A DNA stretch of 64,000 nt from assembly GCF_011745625.1 (NCBI RefSeq), contig NW_027191455.1, positions 558,001 to 622,000 on the forward strand, in the 5' to 3' direction. The position numbers and the translations under genes are program-made. This document shows, one piece after another, positions 11,779-24,712 of this stretch; the first letter of the stretch is position 1, and each line of letters opens with the position of its first letter. The stretch comes from Cladosporium halotolerans (taxonomy: Eukaryota). The notes beneath the pieces were generated by a model. That model did not search any database, was not told the origin of the DNA, and saw only the letters and a list, made by a program, of their open reading frames with translations.

Positions 11779-13020
11779 GCTGCTGCGCGGCGCAGAGAGC
11801 CAGCCAGCAAGCAGCAGGAACAACAGTCGGAGCTAGTACAGCTATGATAATCGTTGTGATTCACACATCGCCTTGTGATATCTTCGGGGCGAAACGTGGT
11901 TGAGCGGCGTCGCAGTAGCAGTAGCAACGAAAGATCGACCGGCTCGTCTACGATGGGGCCCGGGGGATTGGATATGGAAGAGAGAACGAAGACTACGAGC
12001 GCAGGCCGGCGCACTGCGGGCTACTAGCTCAGCGGGCAATAGTTCGAGGGATTAAGAAAGCTAGTGAAGATGCAAGGCGATCTTGCGAGCGAACGACAGC
12101 GCCACCGAGGAGCGTGAACATGCGATGAAGGCTGCGGTGCTGCGAGGGCAGGCGGGGAATTACTGACTACCAGCTTGGCTGCAGGGTGGAAGCGCCCTTG
12201 GAAGAGACAAAAATGGATCTCATTCTGCGGGTTTCAAGGGCACGTTGTCGGAGCGAGAGACATGCAGAGGCGGTGGAAGAGAGCAAGGCGCGTAATGGAC
12301 GAATGAAGTTGGGCGATATGCAGGGCACTTTCTGGCAGCAAGCAGGGCGGAGCATTGATTGGACAGTGGCGTTCTTGGGGCTTCACGCTTCTTTGGCTGC
12401 GGACTCGACCAACGTTCTCGGTCGAACTCCCTTTTCCCGACAGAGAAGCAACTTCGAATATCAATGAAAGTATTCCAGCGATGACCCGGCAGTGTCTACA
12501 TGTTCAAGGCATGGTCCGCTATGCTCACGCGTGCCGCCGTTTCTCGACTATGCAGACATCACTATTGAGTACAGCACGGATGCCGGCACAAAGTGCTTGC
12601 ATACATGGGCTTGCATATTCGTTGTCCTACAGCCCTCGGGTCGCGCCGTGTCATGCAGGACCCATGCACGCGCATATCACGTCTCGTCCATACACCCCTC
12701 CTGCTGGTCTCCGGCGCTTGCAAGTGGCTGGGTGACCTGCATCTGGCCTTTGCCTATCGAGCCGCCGAGCCCGTCGCTGACTCGGTAGTTGATGTGTAAT
12801 TCTGGTAGGCAAGTTTGACCTTCTGCCATCGTATACTCTTTGCGCCTAGAGCGGCAGTGTCTGAATATTGCGTGTTCTGCTTGGGATAACCTGTGCACGT
12901 CGTCTCCTGGACGAACCAGAGATTGCCGATTCCGACACCTGAAATGGCAGTCTGATATACCTCGAACGTTGAAGCATTCACCAGGTTGTCAAAACAGATC
13001 GTCACGGACTCTAGAGCAAC

Positions 13021-14740
13021 ATGATGAACGCCACGACAAAGCAGCCCTCGTGGCTGGCAAAACAATTCACCCTCCGCAAGATCATCTTCTACACACTGTT
13101 CCACGGACTTCACATCTTTCTGTTCGTCTATGGCTGGTACAAGCAAGCGGCGGATGACCGATTAGCACCACTCAACACCCTCAAATTCAGCGTCTGGTTC
13201 TCTCGTGGTGCTGGCTTGTGTCTCAGTGTAGACACCATGATCATCCTGCTCCCCATGTGCAGGAACCTGCTCAGGGTTATCCGACCGAAAATCAGATGGC
13301 TGCCTCTAGACGAGAGCCAGTGGTTCCATCGCCAGGTCGCATACACTATGCTTTTCTGGACGATCGTCCACGTAGCAGCACACTACGTCAACTTCTTCAA
13401 CGTGGAGCGCTCCTTGGTGCGCGCGGAGGCTGCGGTGCAGATCCATTACATGCAGGCCGGTGGCATTACTGGGCATGTCATGCTACTGTGCATGCTGCTC
13501 ATTTTCACAACCGCTCATGCAAAGATTCGGCAGCAAAGCTACGAGACCTTCTGGTACACGCATCATCTATTCGTGCCATTCTTATTAGCGATGTACACGC
13601 ATGCTACAGGCTGCTTCGTCCGCGACAGCGTTGAGCCTTACTCGCCGTTTGCTGGGAAAAACTTCTGGAACCACTGCATCGGCTATCAAGGCTGGAGATG
13701 GGAGCTAGTTGGCGGAGGCATCTATCTGTGTGAGCGACTTTATCGCGAGATCCGATCGCGCCGGCAGACTGAGATCGTAAAGGTCGTGAGACATCCTTAT
13801 GGTACGATGTCAATGCTAAGTGCCACACTACACCTGCTTACAGACCGCAGACGCCGTCGAGATCCAGTTCCGCAAGCCCAGTATGCAATACAAAGCCGGC
13901 CAATGGCTCTTCATCAACGTGCCCTCAGTCTCCCAGCACGAATGGCACCCCTTCACAATCACCTCCTGCCCATTCGACCCCTACGTAAGCGTCCATGTCC
14001 GTCAAGTCGGCGACTTCACCCGCGCTCTCGCATCCGCCCTGGGCGCCGGACCAGAGCAGCAAAAACTGTACGACGAGCTCGACCCAATGGGCATGTACGA
14101 AATCGCGCTGCAGAACGGGCAGGAGATGCCGAAGCTGCGGATCGACGGGCCCTACGGCGCGCCCGCCGAAGACGTCTTCGAGAACGAAGTCGCCGTCCTC
14201 ATCGGCACCGGCATCGGCGTGACGCCCTGGGCCGCCATCCTGAAGAACATCTGGCACATGCGGCTCTCGCCTAATCCGCCGCGACGGCTGCGCAGAGTCG
14301 AGTTCATCTGGGTGTGCAAGGACACGACGTCGTTCGAGTGGTTCCAGGCGCTGCTGTCTTCGCTCGAAGCGCAGAGCCTGAGCATGACCGGGCCTGGAGC
14401 GCAGCAGGAGTTCTTGCGCATCCATACGTACCTCACGCAGCGCATTGATGCTGATACGGCGCAGAATATCGTGCTGAACTCCGTCGGCACGGATAGGGAT
14501 CCGCTGACGGAGTTGTCGTCGAGGACGAATTTCGGCAGGCCTGATTTTCCCAGATTGTTGGTTGCGATGAGAGAGGGTATCTTGAACCAGAGCTACCTGC
14601 CTGGTCTCGATAGAGGCGGGAAGACTGAGGTCGGGGTGTACTTTTGTGGACCGAATGTGGCGGCTAGGGATATCAAGAAGGCTTGCAAGGAGGCGACGGT
14701 CAGTGGTGTGAAGTTCAAGTTCTGGAAGGAGCATTTTTGA
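13021..14740 (+). CDS. noxA: NADPH oxidase catalytic subunit NoxA/Nox1 (intron 13802-13850)
   Basis: Heme His pairs (WFHRQ..IVHVAAH; WYTHH..MYTH), FAD motif HPFTITS, NADPH motifs IDGPYG and GTGIGVTP, YFCGP, C-terminal WKEHF. No N-terminal extension or EF-hands. Confidence 0.95.
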
Positions 14741-15017
14741 TATGCCCTGCTCTGTATGTTGCCTTGAAAATCAACGTAACGAATGAAGTTCACAAAATTC
14801 GTTCTCGTGAAGCTCATGATCGATCCGAGATTGGCGTTTTTCTTCTGGATGTGCGTGCGACAGTTTCCGCCTTAGGACAAGGTCCAGGGTGGAAAAGGAC
14901 GAAGCCGCTCTTGGATGAAAGCTCAAATGGCTGATTTGACTGTCGAAGCAATCCCGGGTATCTTCCTAAACTCCAAAACACCGTCTCCCCTAAGCAAGCC
15001 CCTCAAGACTGCTCCCA

Positions 15018-15493
15018 TTACGCATCACCACCAGAAGCCCTCAGCACCGTCCTCACATCCTCGCGCATATCCGGAATGGCACTCATCATCTCCCTGCCCA
15101 AAATATCCCTGAAGTCCGCAAACGCCTGCGCCCGCCCTTTCTGCAACTGATTGTACTGCATGACGAGCTCGATGATCTGCCGCTTGTAGACGTCCGGGTT
15201 CCGCTTCTCCTCGACGTACTGGATCAGGTCGATGGGGACGGTCGTTGGCAGGCGGCGCGAGGTCTTGGTCAGGTCCTGCAGGTTCTGCACGAGCTGGCGC
15301 ACTTCGGCCGACATGGCCGTCTGCGTACTGGCGCCTTGGTAGTCGTGGGCTTGCACGAGGAGAACGTAGAGGTTTGTGATAATGGCGCGGAGATGTTCTA
15401 GTGTGGTTTGTTAGGTTGATTGATTTGGCAAGGTGAGTTGAGTGACGCACTGTCCACGTCCGCTGGTGTGGCGTCCATTGCGGTCGCTGCCAT
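15018..15493 (-). CDS. MED10: Mediator subunit Med10 (intron ~15450-15398)
   Basis: ...HDYQG....VPIDLIQYVEEKRNPDVY...VMQYNQLQKGRAQAFADFRDIL matches the Med10/Nut2 pattern. Confidence 0.85.
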
Positions 15494-15844
15494 GGTTGTA
15501 ACGGGCGTGAGTGCGACGACCGCACGCTCTGATCAAGTCGATGGATAAGGTACCTACCTTAAGCAGCTCTTAACTGCAAGCATGTGAGAGAGGCGGCTCC
15601 AGAGGAAGGCTGCCCGGGCCGCAGCGAAACGCGGGCTGGCCCCGCTCCGCCGTCTCACGTCATTCTCACAGAATTCACTTCGACGTTGCGACCAAAGTAC
15701 AATATACCCGCTTCGGCAAACCGCGAGTTCCAGCACTTCACGTCGCGTGCGACATTTTGATCTTCCGGCTCGAGAGCCTTTGGAGCGAGGACTATACACC
15801 ACACATAACGACAGGCCCGCGCGGGGGACGCACATTCACCCATC

Positions 15845-17005
15845 ATGGCGACCACCGTGGACAAGGTAAGACGTTTCTTAGAATACTCGGCGACGGGCGA
15901 GTACTGACACACCGATGTACAGATCAAGCAGATCGAGGATGAGATGGCCAAGACGCAGAAGAACAAGGCCACATCCTTCCACTTGGGCCAACTGAAAGCG
16001 AAGCTGTCGAAGCTGAAGAAAGAACTCCTCACCCCCACCAGCAGCGGCGGAGGAGGCGGCGCAGGCTTCGACGTCGCGCGCACAGGTGTCGCCTCCGTGG
16101 GATTCATCGGCTTCCCCTCAGTCGGAAAATCAACACTCATGTCGCGGTTGACGGGCCAGCACTCCGAGGCGGCGGCGTACGAATTCACAACCCTCACAAC
16201 CGTTCCCGGTCAGATCATATACAACGGCGCGAAGATCCAGATCCTCGACTTGCCGGGTATCATTCAGGGCGCGAAGGACGGCAAGGGTCGAGGTAGGCAG
16301 GTCATTGCTGTCGCGAAGACGTGCCATCTGATCTTCATCGTGCTGGACGTCAACAAGCCGCTGACGGACAAGGCGGTGATCGAGAACGAGCTGGAGGGCT
16401 TCGGCATCCGCGTGAACAAGTCGCCGCCCAACATCAAGATCACGAAGAAGGACAAGGGCGGCATCTCGATCACGACGACGCAGCCGCTCACGCACATCGA
16501 GCCCGACGAGATCAAGGCCGTGCTGAACGAGTACCGCATGGCGAACTGCGACGTCGCGATCCGCTGCGACGCGACGGTCGACGACCTGATCGATGTCATC
16601 GAGGCGAAGAGCAGATCCTACATCCCCGTCGTGTACGCGCTCAACAAGATCGACGCCATCTCGATCGAGGAGCTGGACCTGCTCTACCGCATCCCCAACG
16701 CCTGCCCGATCAGCAGCGAGCACGGGTGGAACGTGGACGAGCTGATGGAGCAGATGTGGGAGAAGCTGAAGCTGTGCCGCGTGTACACGAAGCCCAAGGG
16801 CAAGATGCCGGACTACACGGCGCCCGTCGTGCTGCGCAGCACGGCGTGCACGGTCGAGGACTTCTGTAACGCCATCCACAAGACGATCGTCGACCAGTTC
16901 AAGGTCGCGATCGTGTACGGCAAGAGCGTCAAGCACCAGCCGCAGCGCGTCGGCCTGTCGCACCAGCTGGCGGACGAGGACGTCCTTACGATTATCAAGA
17001 AATGA
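15845..17005 (+). CDS. RBG1: Developmentally regulated GTP-binding protein DRG1/Rbg1 (intron 15866-15921)
   Basis: [25 protein letters not shown]1 [22 protein letters not shown], and C-terminal TGS domain. Confidence 0.95.
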
Positions 17006-20000
17006 GCAAATGAAAAAAAATAACAATCGACGGCGAAAGCCCGTATACCCCGAAATGCCTCTCTCTCTCATACCAGACGAACAAGCTCAGGAGAACCAAT
17101 CTCTTCCCCGTCGTATCTCGTAACCCAAACAGCCCATCCGTCCCAATCGAGCATGCAACCGCAAAAGCATCCCGCACTCCTCAAAACCCAAACTTCCCAA
17201 ACAAGATTCCTTCGCGCACACCACCCCCCTCTTCCCCTCGATCGCCAGCATCCAAATCCACACTCGATCTTGCATCCCACCTCACGAGCCCACCGCCATT
17301 CATCTCATTTCACATCTCAATCCCACCCCATCTGACGTTTCAGCTCCGCCACCCTGCCCATTTCGCGGCTCCAGTTGCCGGGCGCGGCGCCCTCATACTC
17401 GCGATCCTGCTATAAGGCATGGGAGTCGCAGTCGCCGTCGCGGTCGCGGAACGTCTCTTCCGCCCGCCCTAGCGCGCCCGCCCTGGCATTCCTTTGCCGC
17501 GAGAGCGGGGCGGGGCGCGACGTCTAGAAGCCCCCTTGCTCCGTCCGGTTCGGCTGTCAGTCGCTTCGCTGGGTCCGTCTTGCAGACGGGATGCGTCTGG
17601 GGCGGGCTAAGGGTAGCTTGTGTGTGTTCTGCGGTAAGCGGCAAGTGGCATATTGGTGTGGTCTATTGGCGTGAGATCATCCCTTTGCCGCGCCGGGCGG
17701 ACCGGGCTCCGATTGGGGCGCGCGGTGGATAGAGTTGGGGGATCCTTGTTCTTAGTGAGTGGAGCGCGAGGGTTGCGCTTTTTGGGGCAGAGGCGCGCTG
17801 GGGCGGGAGGGTTCCGGGGGCGGCGGCAGGGTTTGGTGCTGGTTGGTTTCTTTGTTATGTGCTAGGGAGGTACATAGTTGATTTACCTCGGCGCTGGGCG
17901 TTGTGGGACACTACGTATGCAGGCTGTTATCTTAGTTAAGGTAGGTGAGGGCAGGCTTTATTTGTGGGCTTTGGGATTTGCCGCTAGTGTGGGATTTGAC
18001 AGGTGGGATCGTCGGCGTCGTGACAGGTCTGGCTCTGGCTTTGGCTGGCTGTTTCCATTTTTTGTATCAATTTGCGTTGCTGATCGTGATCGCCTCTAGG
18101 GCTCGAGCGGGCGAATCCGGGCGCAAAGATCGTGAATCAAGGTTGCGATTCGTGAATATTGGAGAACTCGGGTGGCTGGTGGCGTTCTCCCCTCCGCTCC
18201 AGTGCCGCGTGCTTGAAGGGCCCTTCAGCCAGGGCGCGTGGCCGCCCCCGTCAGGATTCGCGGCGCTGGGACGCCGCCCACACGAGTACGACTATACCCA
18301 GGGTCCGCTATAGCTGGCACCACACGTGTCGACCGACGTTCTGAAAAGATCGAAATTCCCCTTGCTCGCTTGCAGCATGCGCCCCACAGCAGGCTATACC
18401 AGTCTAATTTGGAGCGCAAGCCGCAGCCGGATGGGGCGTCGTGCTTGCTATGTCTTGGATGTCGATATGAGGGCGATCACTTACTGCAGGGAGGGGGTTG
18501 CGCCGACGAAACGGCGCTCGTGCGGCCGCCAGGCGAGGCGAGTTCAGTTCGCGCTACCCGGTGCAGATTTCAGGCGGGCTGCACGGCTGGCGAGAGGGGA
18601 GGCGGTGCCATGTGGCTCTTCGCTTGCGCGGTTTTTTGTCTCACTCTCTTGGGTGTGGCGGAAGTTAGTTGGGTATACGTATGGATCTGCGCGGTATGGT
18701 TTTCACGGATGTTTCGAAGCCGTCGAAATTTGCACGACGCCGGACAGATGGGCTAGCAGGATGACTATTGACATGACGCGGTGCCGCTTGAGTGGCTGTG
18801 CGTGGGTTCCGATCGGTGTTTCGCGGAGTCAGAGCAGGCAGATGAGGGAGTGAGGTCAGTCGGCCTGCGGTCTGGCCCGATTTGTATTCCTGAGGGTTTG
18901 GTCATGCAGCAATTTTGACAACGAGCGCAGATCCAATTGCCTTAAGGGATGCGCGGCTTGGCGGCTATCGTCCTGGACTTCGATGGCGCCTGGGGATTGG
19001 CACCGGCTGGCTGAACTCTGTGGGTTTCGTGAGCGGCAGCGAGATATCGCAATGCAGCGCACGCACGGAGGCGCACGACCGGCAGCGACTTGCCGTCTGC
19101 GTCGGATCACGACTCGGGATGTGTCGGCGGCGGATGGCCCACAAGAGGTTCGGCCTTCAGGGCACGTGATGATCAAGCGGTCGAGGTCGCGGTCTGGAGG
19201 TCGACGACATCGGGGTGTCGCGGCTGGCTGGCCCGCCGGTGCTCGCCGTTGGGCTACAGATGAGCGCAGATAGACTTCGGGCGATGGCTCCGGGCTAGCG
19301 GCCCAGCGAGGGGAGGACGAGCTGTTTGAGGGCTAAGCCATCCGGATCCAGGAACTGTGTGAGACAACGTCTTTAGGCGCGCGAGGCTCGGGGCCCGGGC
19401 TCGGGCTCGGGAGGAAGATCCGGGCTGTCGGAACTGCAACGGATCCGAGCTAGCTGCGTACGTCAGCGCGAGCGGACAGCCAGGGCAGTCTGCCAGAGAT
19501 TGGGAGATGCGGTGCCAGCGGCGGGGGGCGCGTCCCAGCTAGCACCTGTTCTCGCCGTCGATCGTGGAGTCTGTGGCCTGCGCCGCGGCTAGCAGGCTGG
19601 CCGCGAGACGAGCGAACAGCTACTGCAGGCCGGCGGCTGCCGAACAGCGATCAGTGACAGGGAAGGGCCGTCTGGGGAACTCGACAATGCGCCTAGCGCC
19701 AGCTTGGGACGGCGGCCGCGCTTTGAAGGAGTGCCTACCCAGTACCTACTGGCAGTCTGAGCGCGCTGGCTTGCGGAGGCGCGCGGTCGCTGCGGTGAGG
19801 ATCCGCAGGGTCTGAACTGCTGCAGCCTTCTGCGCGCCGCTGGCCTGAATCATGCGCCTGCTAGACGGTGCTAGACACCCAGACTGCTGCTCGCGATCCC
19901 TGCCAGATGCTATCGCGTCTCCATGCGCTCGCCAGAAGCTCGGCGCTGATTAACCTCTTGCAGTAAAGCCGCGGCCTACGCCCAAAAGGAATGTCAAATC

Positions 20001-21481
20001 TCGCCCCGCCAGCCTGCCTAGCAGATAATATTCCCCCCACCGGCCAATCGACGCCGCCACAAAAACCCACAGCCTCTCCTCGTTTGCACAAGCTCGCTCT
20101 TACTTGCGCAGGATCGCCGGCCTGTGCGGCGTGCGAGCCCACGGCTGCCGTTGCCAACTCAGATTCGCTGAAGGATGATGAGACAGATCACGAGCAGGCG
20201 CTTGCCCCTACTGGGGCTTGCGACTAAGATCCTGACTCCACTGACTTCATCCCAGGTTGTTATCCGGACCCACCGAGCAGGACAGAGTGCGCGCCTGCCC
20301 TGTTCGGATTCGGATGTGAACCGTAAAATTAAAGGGCCACGGCGATCGAGGCTGACGTCGCCGCGAGTGGTGGTGCAGCGTGGGAAAGCATGTGCCCCTG
20401 ACGAGAGCGTGGCCGACGAATCTGGCGGGACGGGCTCGACAGAGCCAGCGCAGTGGACTCGTCTCAACGCTGCGATTCCGGCAGCGACCGCGAAGGCATG
20501 ATGTGCCGGCGGTCAATGGCATGGCAGAGCGCGGCCCCAGGGCGACGATTGGGCGTGTCGCGCAGACTGCTAGCGCTGGGGCAGGGCGAGGGGAGCGGGC
20601 CAGGATGGCGCGGATGGGCCGCCAGGACCGCCAATTCGCTGCCGGCAGGTGTCGGCGGCCGCATACAGGGCCGGCAATCAGAGAATCAGAGGGCATGGCG
20701 GGCTGCGGTGCCAGGTGTTTGTGCGGCGAGGCTGCGTGCGCGCGGCCGCCTGCCACAGGGCATGGGGCACGGCGCATGGGGCATGGGGCATGCCAGTAGA
20801 GCCCGTAGCGGCAGTGTGTACATACGGGCATACAGTAGTGGACGTCGCTCGCCCAGCGCTGCCAGGGCCGGCTGGCGCACGCTCGCCGGCCCCCGCCTGT
20901 CGCACTGCTGGCGCCGCCCACAGCCCACAACGTCGCCGTGCGCTAGGTCCGAGCCAGGACACCTTGGACGTGAGGCCCTGGCGACATGAGCAATATCGTG
21001 GCCCCGGCGCGCTGCCCAACCTCGAGTCGCTCCCTGTCGACGACGGCCGCCGCCCTGGTCGATGGCTCAAGCGTGCCTCGTGCAGCCGCAGCGCCGCCGC
21101 CCGTTCGGGTTGCGACACGGCGCCGCGAGGCCGCGAGCGGTGGTGGGCGCGGCGCAATGCTGATGATCGCAGTGAGCAGCAACGCACTCGGCTGGGGCAT
21201 GGCGCCGTCCGCTGGCCAGACGGACAGCATCTAGTGGCATGCCCACAGTACCCAGGTGCTGCACTGCAGACAGCCATCCGCCGCCACGCCCTTGCGCCCT
21301 CCCTCCTCCTCCCGCCAGCGGCGCGGGGCCTGCCCACCGTGCGCGCTTGCTCTCGCCGACTGCCGGCTCGCTGCTCGCTGCTCGACCGCGCCCGAGGCAC
21401 CACTCCACTAGGTACGACCTGGCCTGCCAGGGTGCCACTGGCGTACACACTCTCTTCTGCCTCTCGGTGTCTGTGTCTGTG

Positions 21482-21510
21482 CCTCTGCCTCTGCCTCTGC
21501 CTCTGCCTCT
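21482..21510. repeat. (CCTCTG)n microsatellite upstream of the CENP-B-like gene
   Basis: About 5 tandem CCTCTG units read directly, preceded by TGTGTC units. Confidence 0.85.
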
Positions 21511-21923
21511 ACCGCCGCGCCGTCCCGCCGCTCCATGCTGCCCTAGGCTAGTCGCTCCATCCGCGCCTCGTCTCCGCAACTGCCCTGGCTCGCTCCATCT
21601 TAAGCAGCGCACGCCCTCCCTCCGGAGCACACAGTCCTGCGTCTCGTCCTCCTTCCTGCATATGCCCGCAGGAGGCAGCATGTCGTCCGCCTCCCTCGCC
21701 TCCTATTACGCTCGCCTGCTGCGACGTTCGTCCGCATCCAAATACAGCAGCCCTGCAGCCACCCTCGTCGTCTGAGCCGCGGATCTCGGACGCCGCCTGC
21801 CTGCTGCTGCCCTGCCGTGCTGCCCTCGTGTCCTCGACCCGGCCTGGCATCGATTGCATTCAAGTGCCGTCCATACCCACCCCGTTCCCGCCACCCGGCA
21901 CTTCCCCTACGCACCTCGCCACA

Positions 21924-23645
21924 ATGGTCGACGATTCCCACAACCAACCCTACCACACCTCGCCGGGTACTACTTGGGGACGTAGCCCGCAGTTCTACCC
22001 GCACTCCCACCACGGCACGCCCGCCCAAGAGTTCTCCAGCTTTCACTTCGGATCACCGTCGATCCCCATGAACGCGGGCACCTTCGAAGCGTCGATGCCT
22101 CAACGACCGGTCCACCAACAGTTGCAGCCGTTGGTCATGCCGCAATGGCCGTCGATGCTGAACAGTCAATCGCAACCGACTTTCCAACACACCTATCCGC
22201 AGCCTGTGCAACCCATCCAGCCGATGGCTTTGGCGCCTCTCCCGACTCCTGTGTCAGCAACATCGTCGAGATCGGCCTCGACGCCCCGCAAGACCTTGAC
22301 GGACAGCGACCGCAAGGCAATGTGTTTGTATGCCGAAGAGAACCCAACGGCAAAGCAAACGGAAATTGGATGTTCGTCACCTGCCCTGTTGAGAACTAGA
22401 AAGGATTTTTGCTGACCATGAAACAGCACGTTTTGGCGTTGAAAGAAGGTTCGTGGGTGTTCGTTGATTGTTCCGATCGTTTTCTGATCATTTCTCACAG
22501 CACCGTTTCGAAAGTATTACGACAAAAGGAGAAGTACCTGTCCCACGACGATGGTAGCCGATCGCCTGCCAAGCGTCTCAAGGGTCGATCACCAGATATC
22601 GAGCGCGCTCTCGCGAATTGGGCAAAGAATCAAGTAAGCATGAACGTTGCAACCAACCATTCTTGTTCACTGCTAAATCGTTCCAAAGGAGAAAAAGGGG
22701 GTACCATTATCAGACGAACTCATCCGTCATCAGGCTCGCGCCTTTTCTGCAACATCGAGCAATCCGGAAAGCGCGTCAACCCTGAGTTCAAGCTGGCTCG
22801 AGAAGTTCAAATTCAAGAACAACCTAATGGGCGCACGATCTAGGAAAGGATCCGCCATCGAAGATACTGACGACACATCACTCACGGCATCTACCTTACA
22901 TACACCAAACAACGTGTCGCCTTCGTCGGATCGAGAATCAAATTCCCCTGAGGAAGAGCTTGACGGAGCGCCTGGGCCTGAAAGCTCAAAATTGGAAAGT
23001 CCGGACGCTTACTCTGACTTCAAAGGCTCGCAGCTCCACTCGGAAAGCCATAACTCCCTGAACAGCGCTTTCACAGATGCGCCCAACTCCTTTTCTCCTG
23101 CGGCGTTGAGCCCTGCATCCCCCTTCTTCACACCAGAGTCAGCAACATCGGCTAGCCCATTCATCGGTCAATTCGGAAGATTGTCAGTTCCAACCTGCTC
23201 CGACGCAAACGTCCACGCGCACAGAGTACGCAGCCAGACATTTCCACTCCTGGATCAATACATGTCCGACGTCGGCGGCACATCAATCGAACACCCCGCA
23301 CCCAAATACATGCTCCACACGCAAGTCGAAGATATGTCGGAGCCGCTACCACATCTCAACTCAGCAATCGACGGCATGCACGCCGAGAACCGACCGCACA
23401 CCATCACACCTTCAGACATGATGCGCCCTCCTCCGCTGCCCTCAAACATGACCGCGCCGCGCTCCCTCACGCCGGCCTCGTCGTCGGCAAACTTTTCGGC
23501 AACGAGCCCCGAGGAAGCCCAGAAGGCGATGGAAGTCGTCCTAAGCTTCTTCGAGCAGCAACCCAACGGCTTCCTCGACATGCAGGAGAGCATCACCGTC
23601 GGCAAGCTGATGGAGAAATTGCGGCTGCAGACGCGAACTGGCTGA
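21924..23645 (+). CDS. CENP-B/ARS-binding-type HTH protein without DDE domain (4 exons)
   Basis: RKTLTDSDRKAMCLYAEENPTAKQTEIG|SRFGVER|STVSKVLRQKEKYL (psq-like HTH), then PDIERALANWAKNQ|...LSSSWLEKFKFKNNL (Tc5/CENP-B HTH), then an S/P-rich tail. Introns ~22372-22426, 22449-22500, ~22634-22688. Confidence 0.85.
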
Positions 23646-24712
23646 ATCGCGTACTACGTGTTGCTCTTCACCCACCCGTTCACTTCGACCCGCCAGGCGT
23701 TCCCCCCCGGTCCGCGGGTTCTTGTATTCTGGCTCTTGCATTCCGCTTCTACAACACCCTTTCAAGGATACTTATTTCTTCGGCGAAAACGGCGTTCGAT
23801 CTCGGCACTCTATAATCATTTGAATCTACGGATTCCAACAACGGCGGGCAGGCGGGAATGAAAACTTTGGGCTGCATTTTGGGAGATTGTCCTCCACCCC
23901 TCATCCATCATCGAGGGTGGCATCGGACTGGATCGGAATTTAGAAATTGGAATAGGAATTGGACATACGGGCCGATCGGCCAAGCCGACAGGAAGGCCTA
24001 TGTAAACAGGGCCCAACGGTGCGCTTGTCAGAGAGAGCGTTCGGGGGAAACATACGGACAACGGGGAAATGTAACTACAAATCTGTGTTTTTTGCTCTTT
24101 GATCGGAAGCCACGGCATTCAAACACGATGGCGTTGCGCACGCGCATCGGGATCGAAAAAAATTTCGCCCAACACAGAATGGAACGGGATGGACTGCGCT
24201 GCTCACGCGGCTGATTGGGGGTGTTGTTGAATTTGGGGTTCGGTCTTGGACATTGGATTGGGGTAACGCACGCGACATTGGATTCGATTGGGGTGCGGTT
24301 ATTGTGGGATTAGGGGCTGTTTTCTTTTTGGGTCCTCGTGGGCGGGTTTGGCTCGTTGGCTCGTTGGGCTGGTTAAGGTGACGTGGTAATCACTTTTTTC
24401 TTTTTCTTCTCTCTCTCTCTTGATCCACTATTCTTTTCACCCTATTTCTTTCCGGCTTTCTTGGCGCAAAGCGTGGGATGTTGGGATGGTGGGATGGTGG
24501 GAGAGAAAGGAACAGCATGTGGAGTGGACTGGAAAGCAGATCCGTGTATTTTCTGACTGACGATCACTCGAGTCAAATTCCATTGTCTATCTCGGCCGTC
24601 GAGTTGAGTTGGGCCGACTTCCTAGCTATTTCCCAACGCAGACAACCCTGTCTACTCTATGCCTCCATCCAAATCCGAGCCCCCAAACCACACTGAGGCC
24701 AGGTAATCTATC

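Noticed and set aside
16130..17071. Long antisense ORFs (also 13925-14734, 29991-30641, 53383-54402, 61437-62768)
   Set aside because: Shadows of high-GC3 genes on the opposite strand; no recognisable motifs.
18345..18440. GAAATTCCCC...ATGGGGC resembling the RNase P/MRP P4 helix
   Set aside because: Spacing too short and the other conserved regions are absent.
20247..21775. Many overlapping 150-300 aa ORFs
   Set aside because: R/A/P/G-rich products expected from stop-poor GC-rich non-coding DNA.
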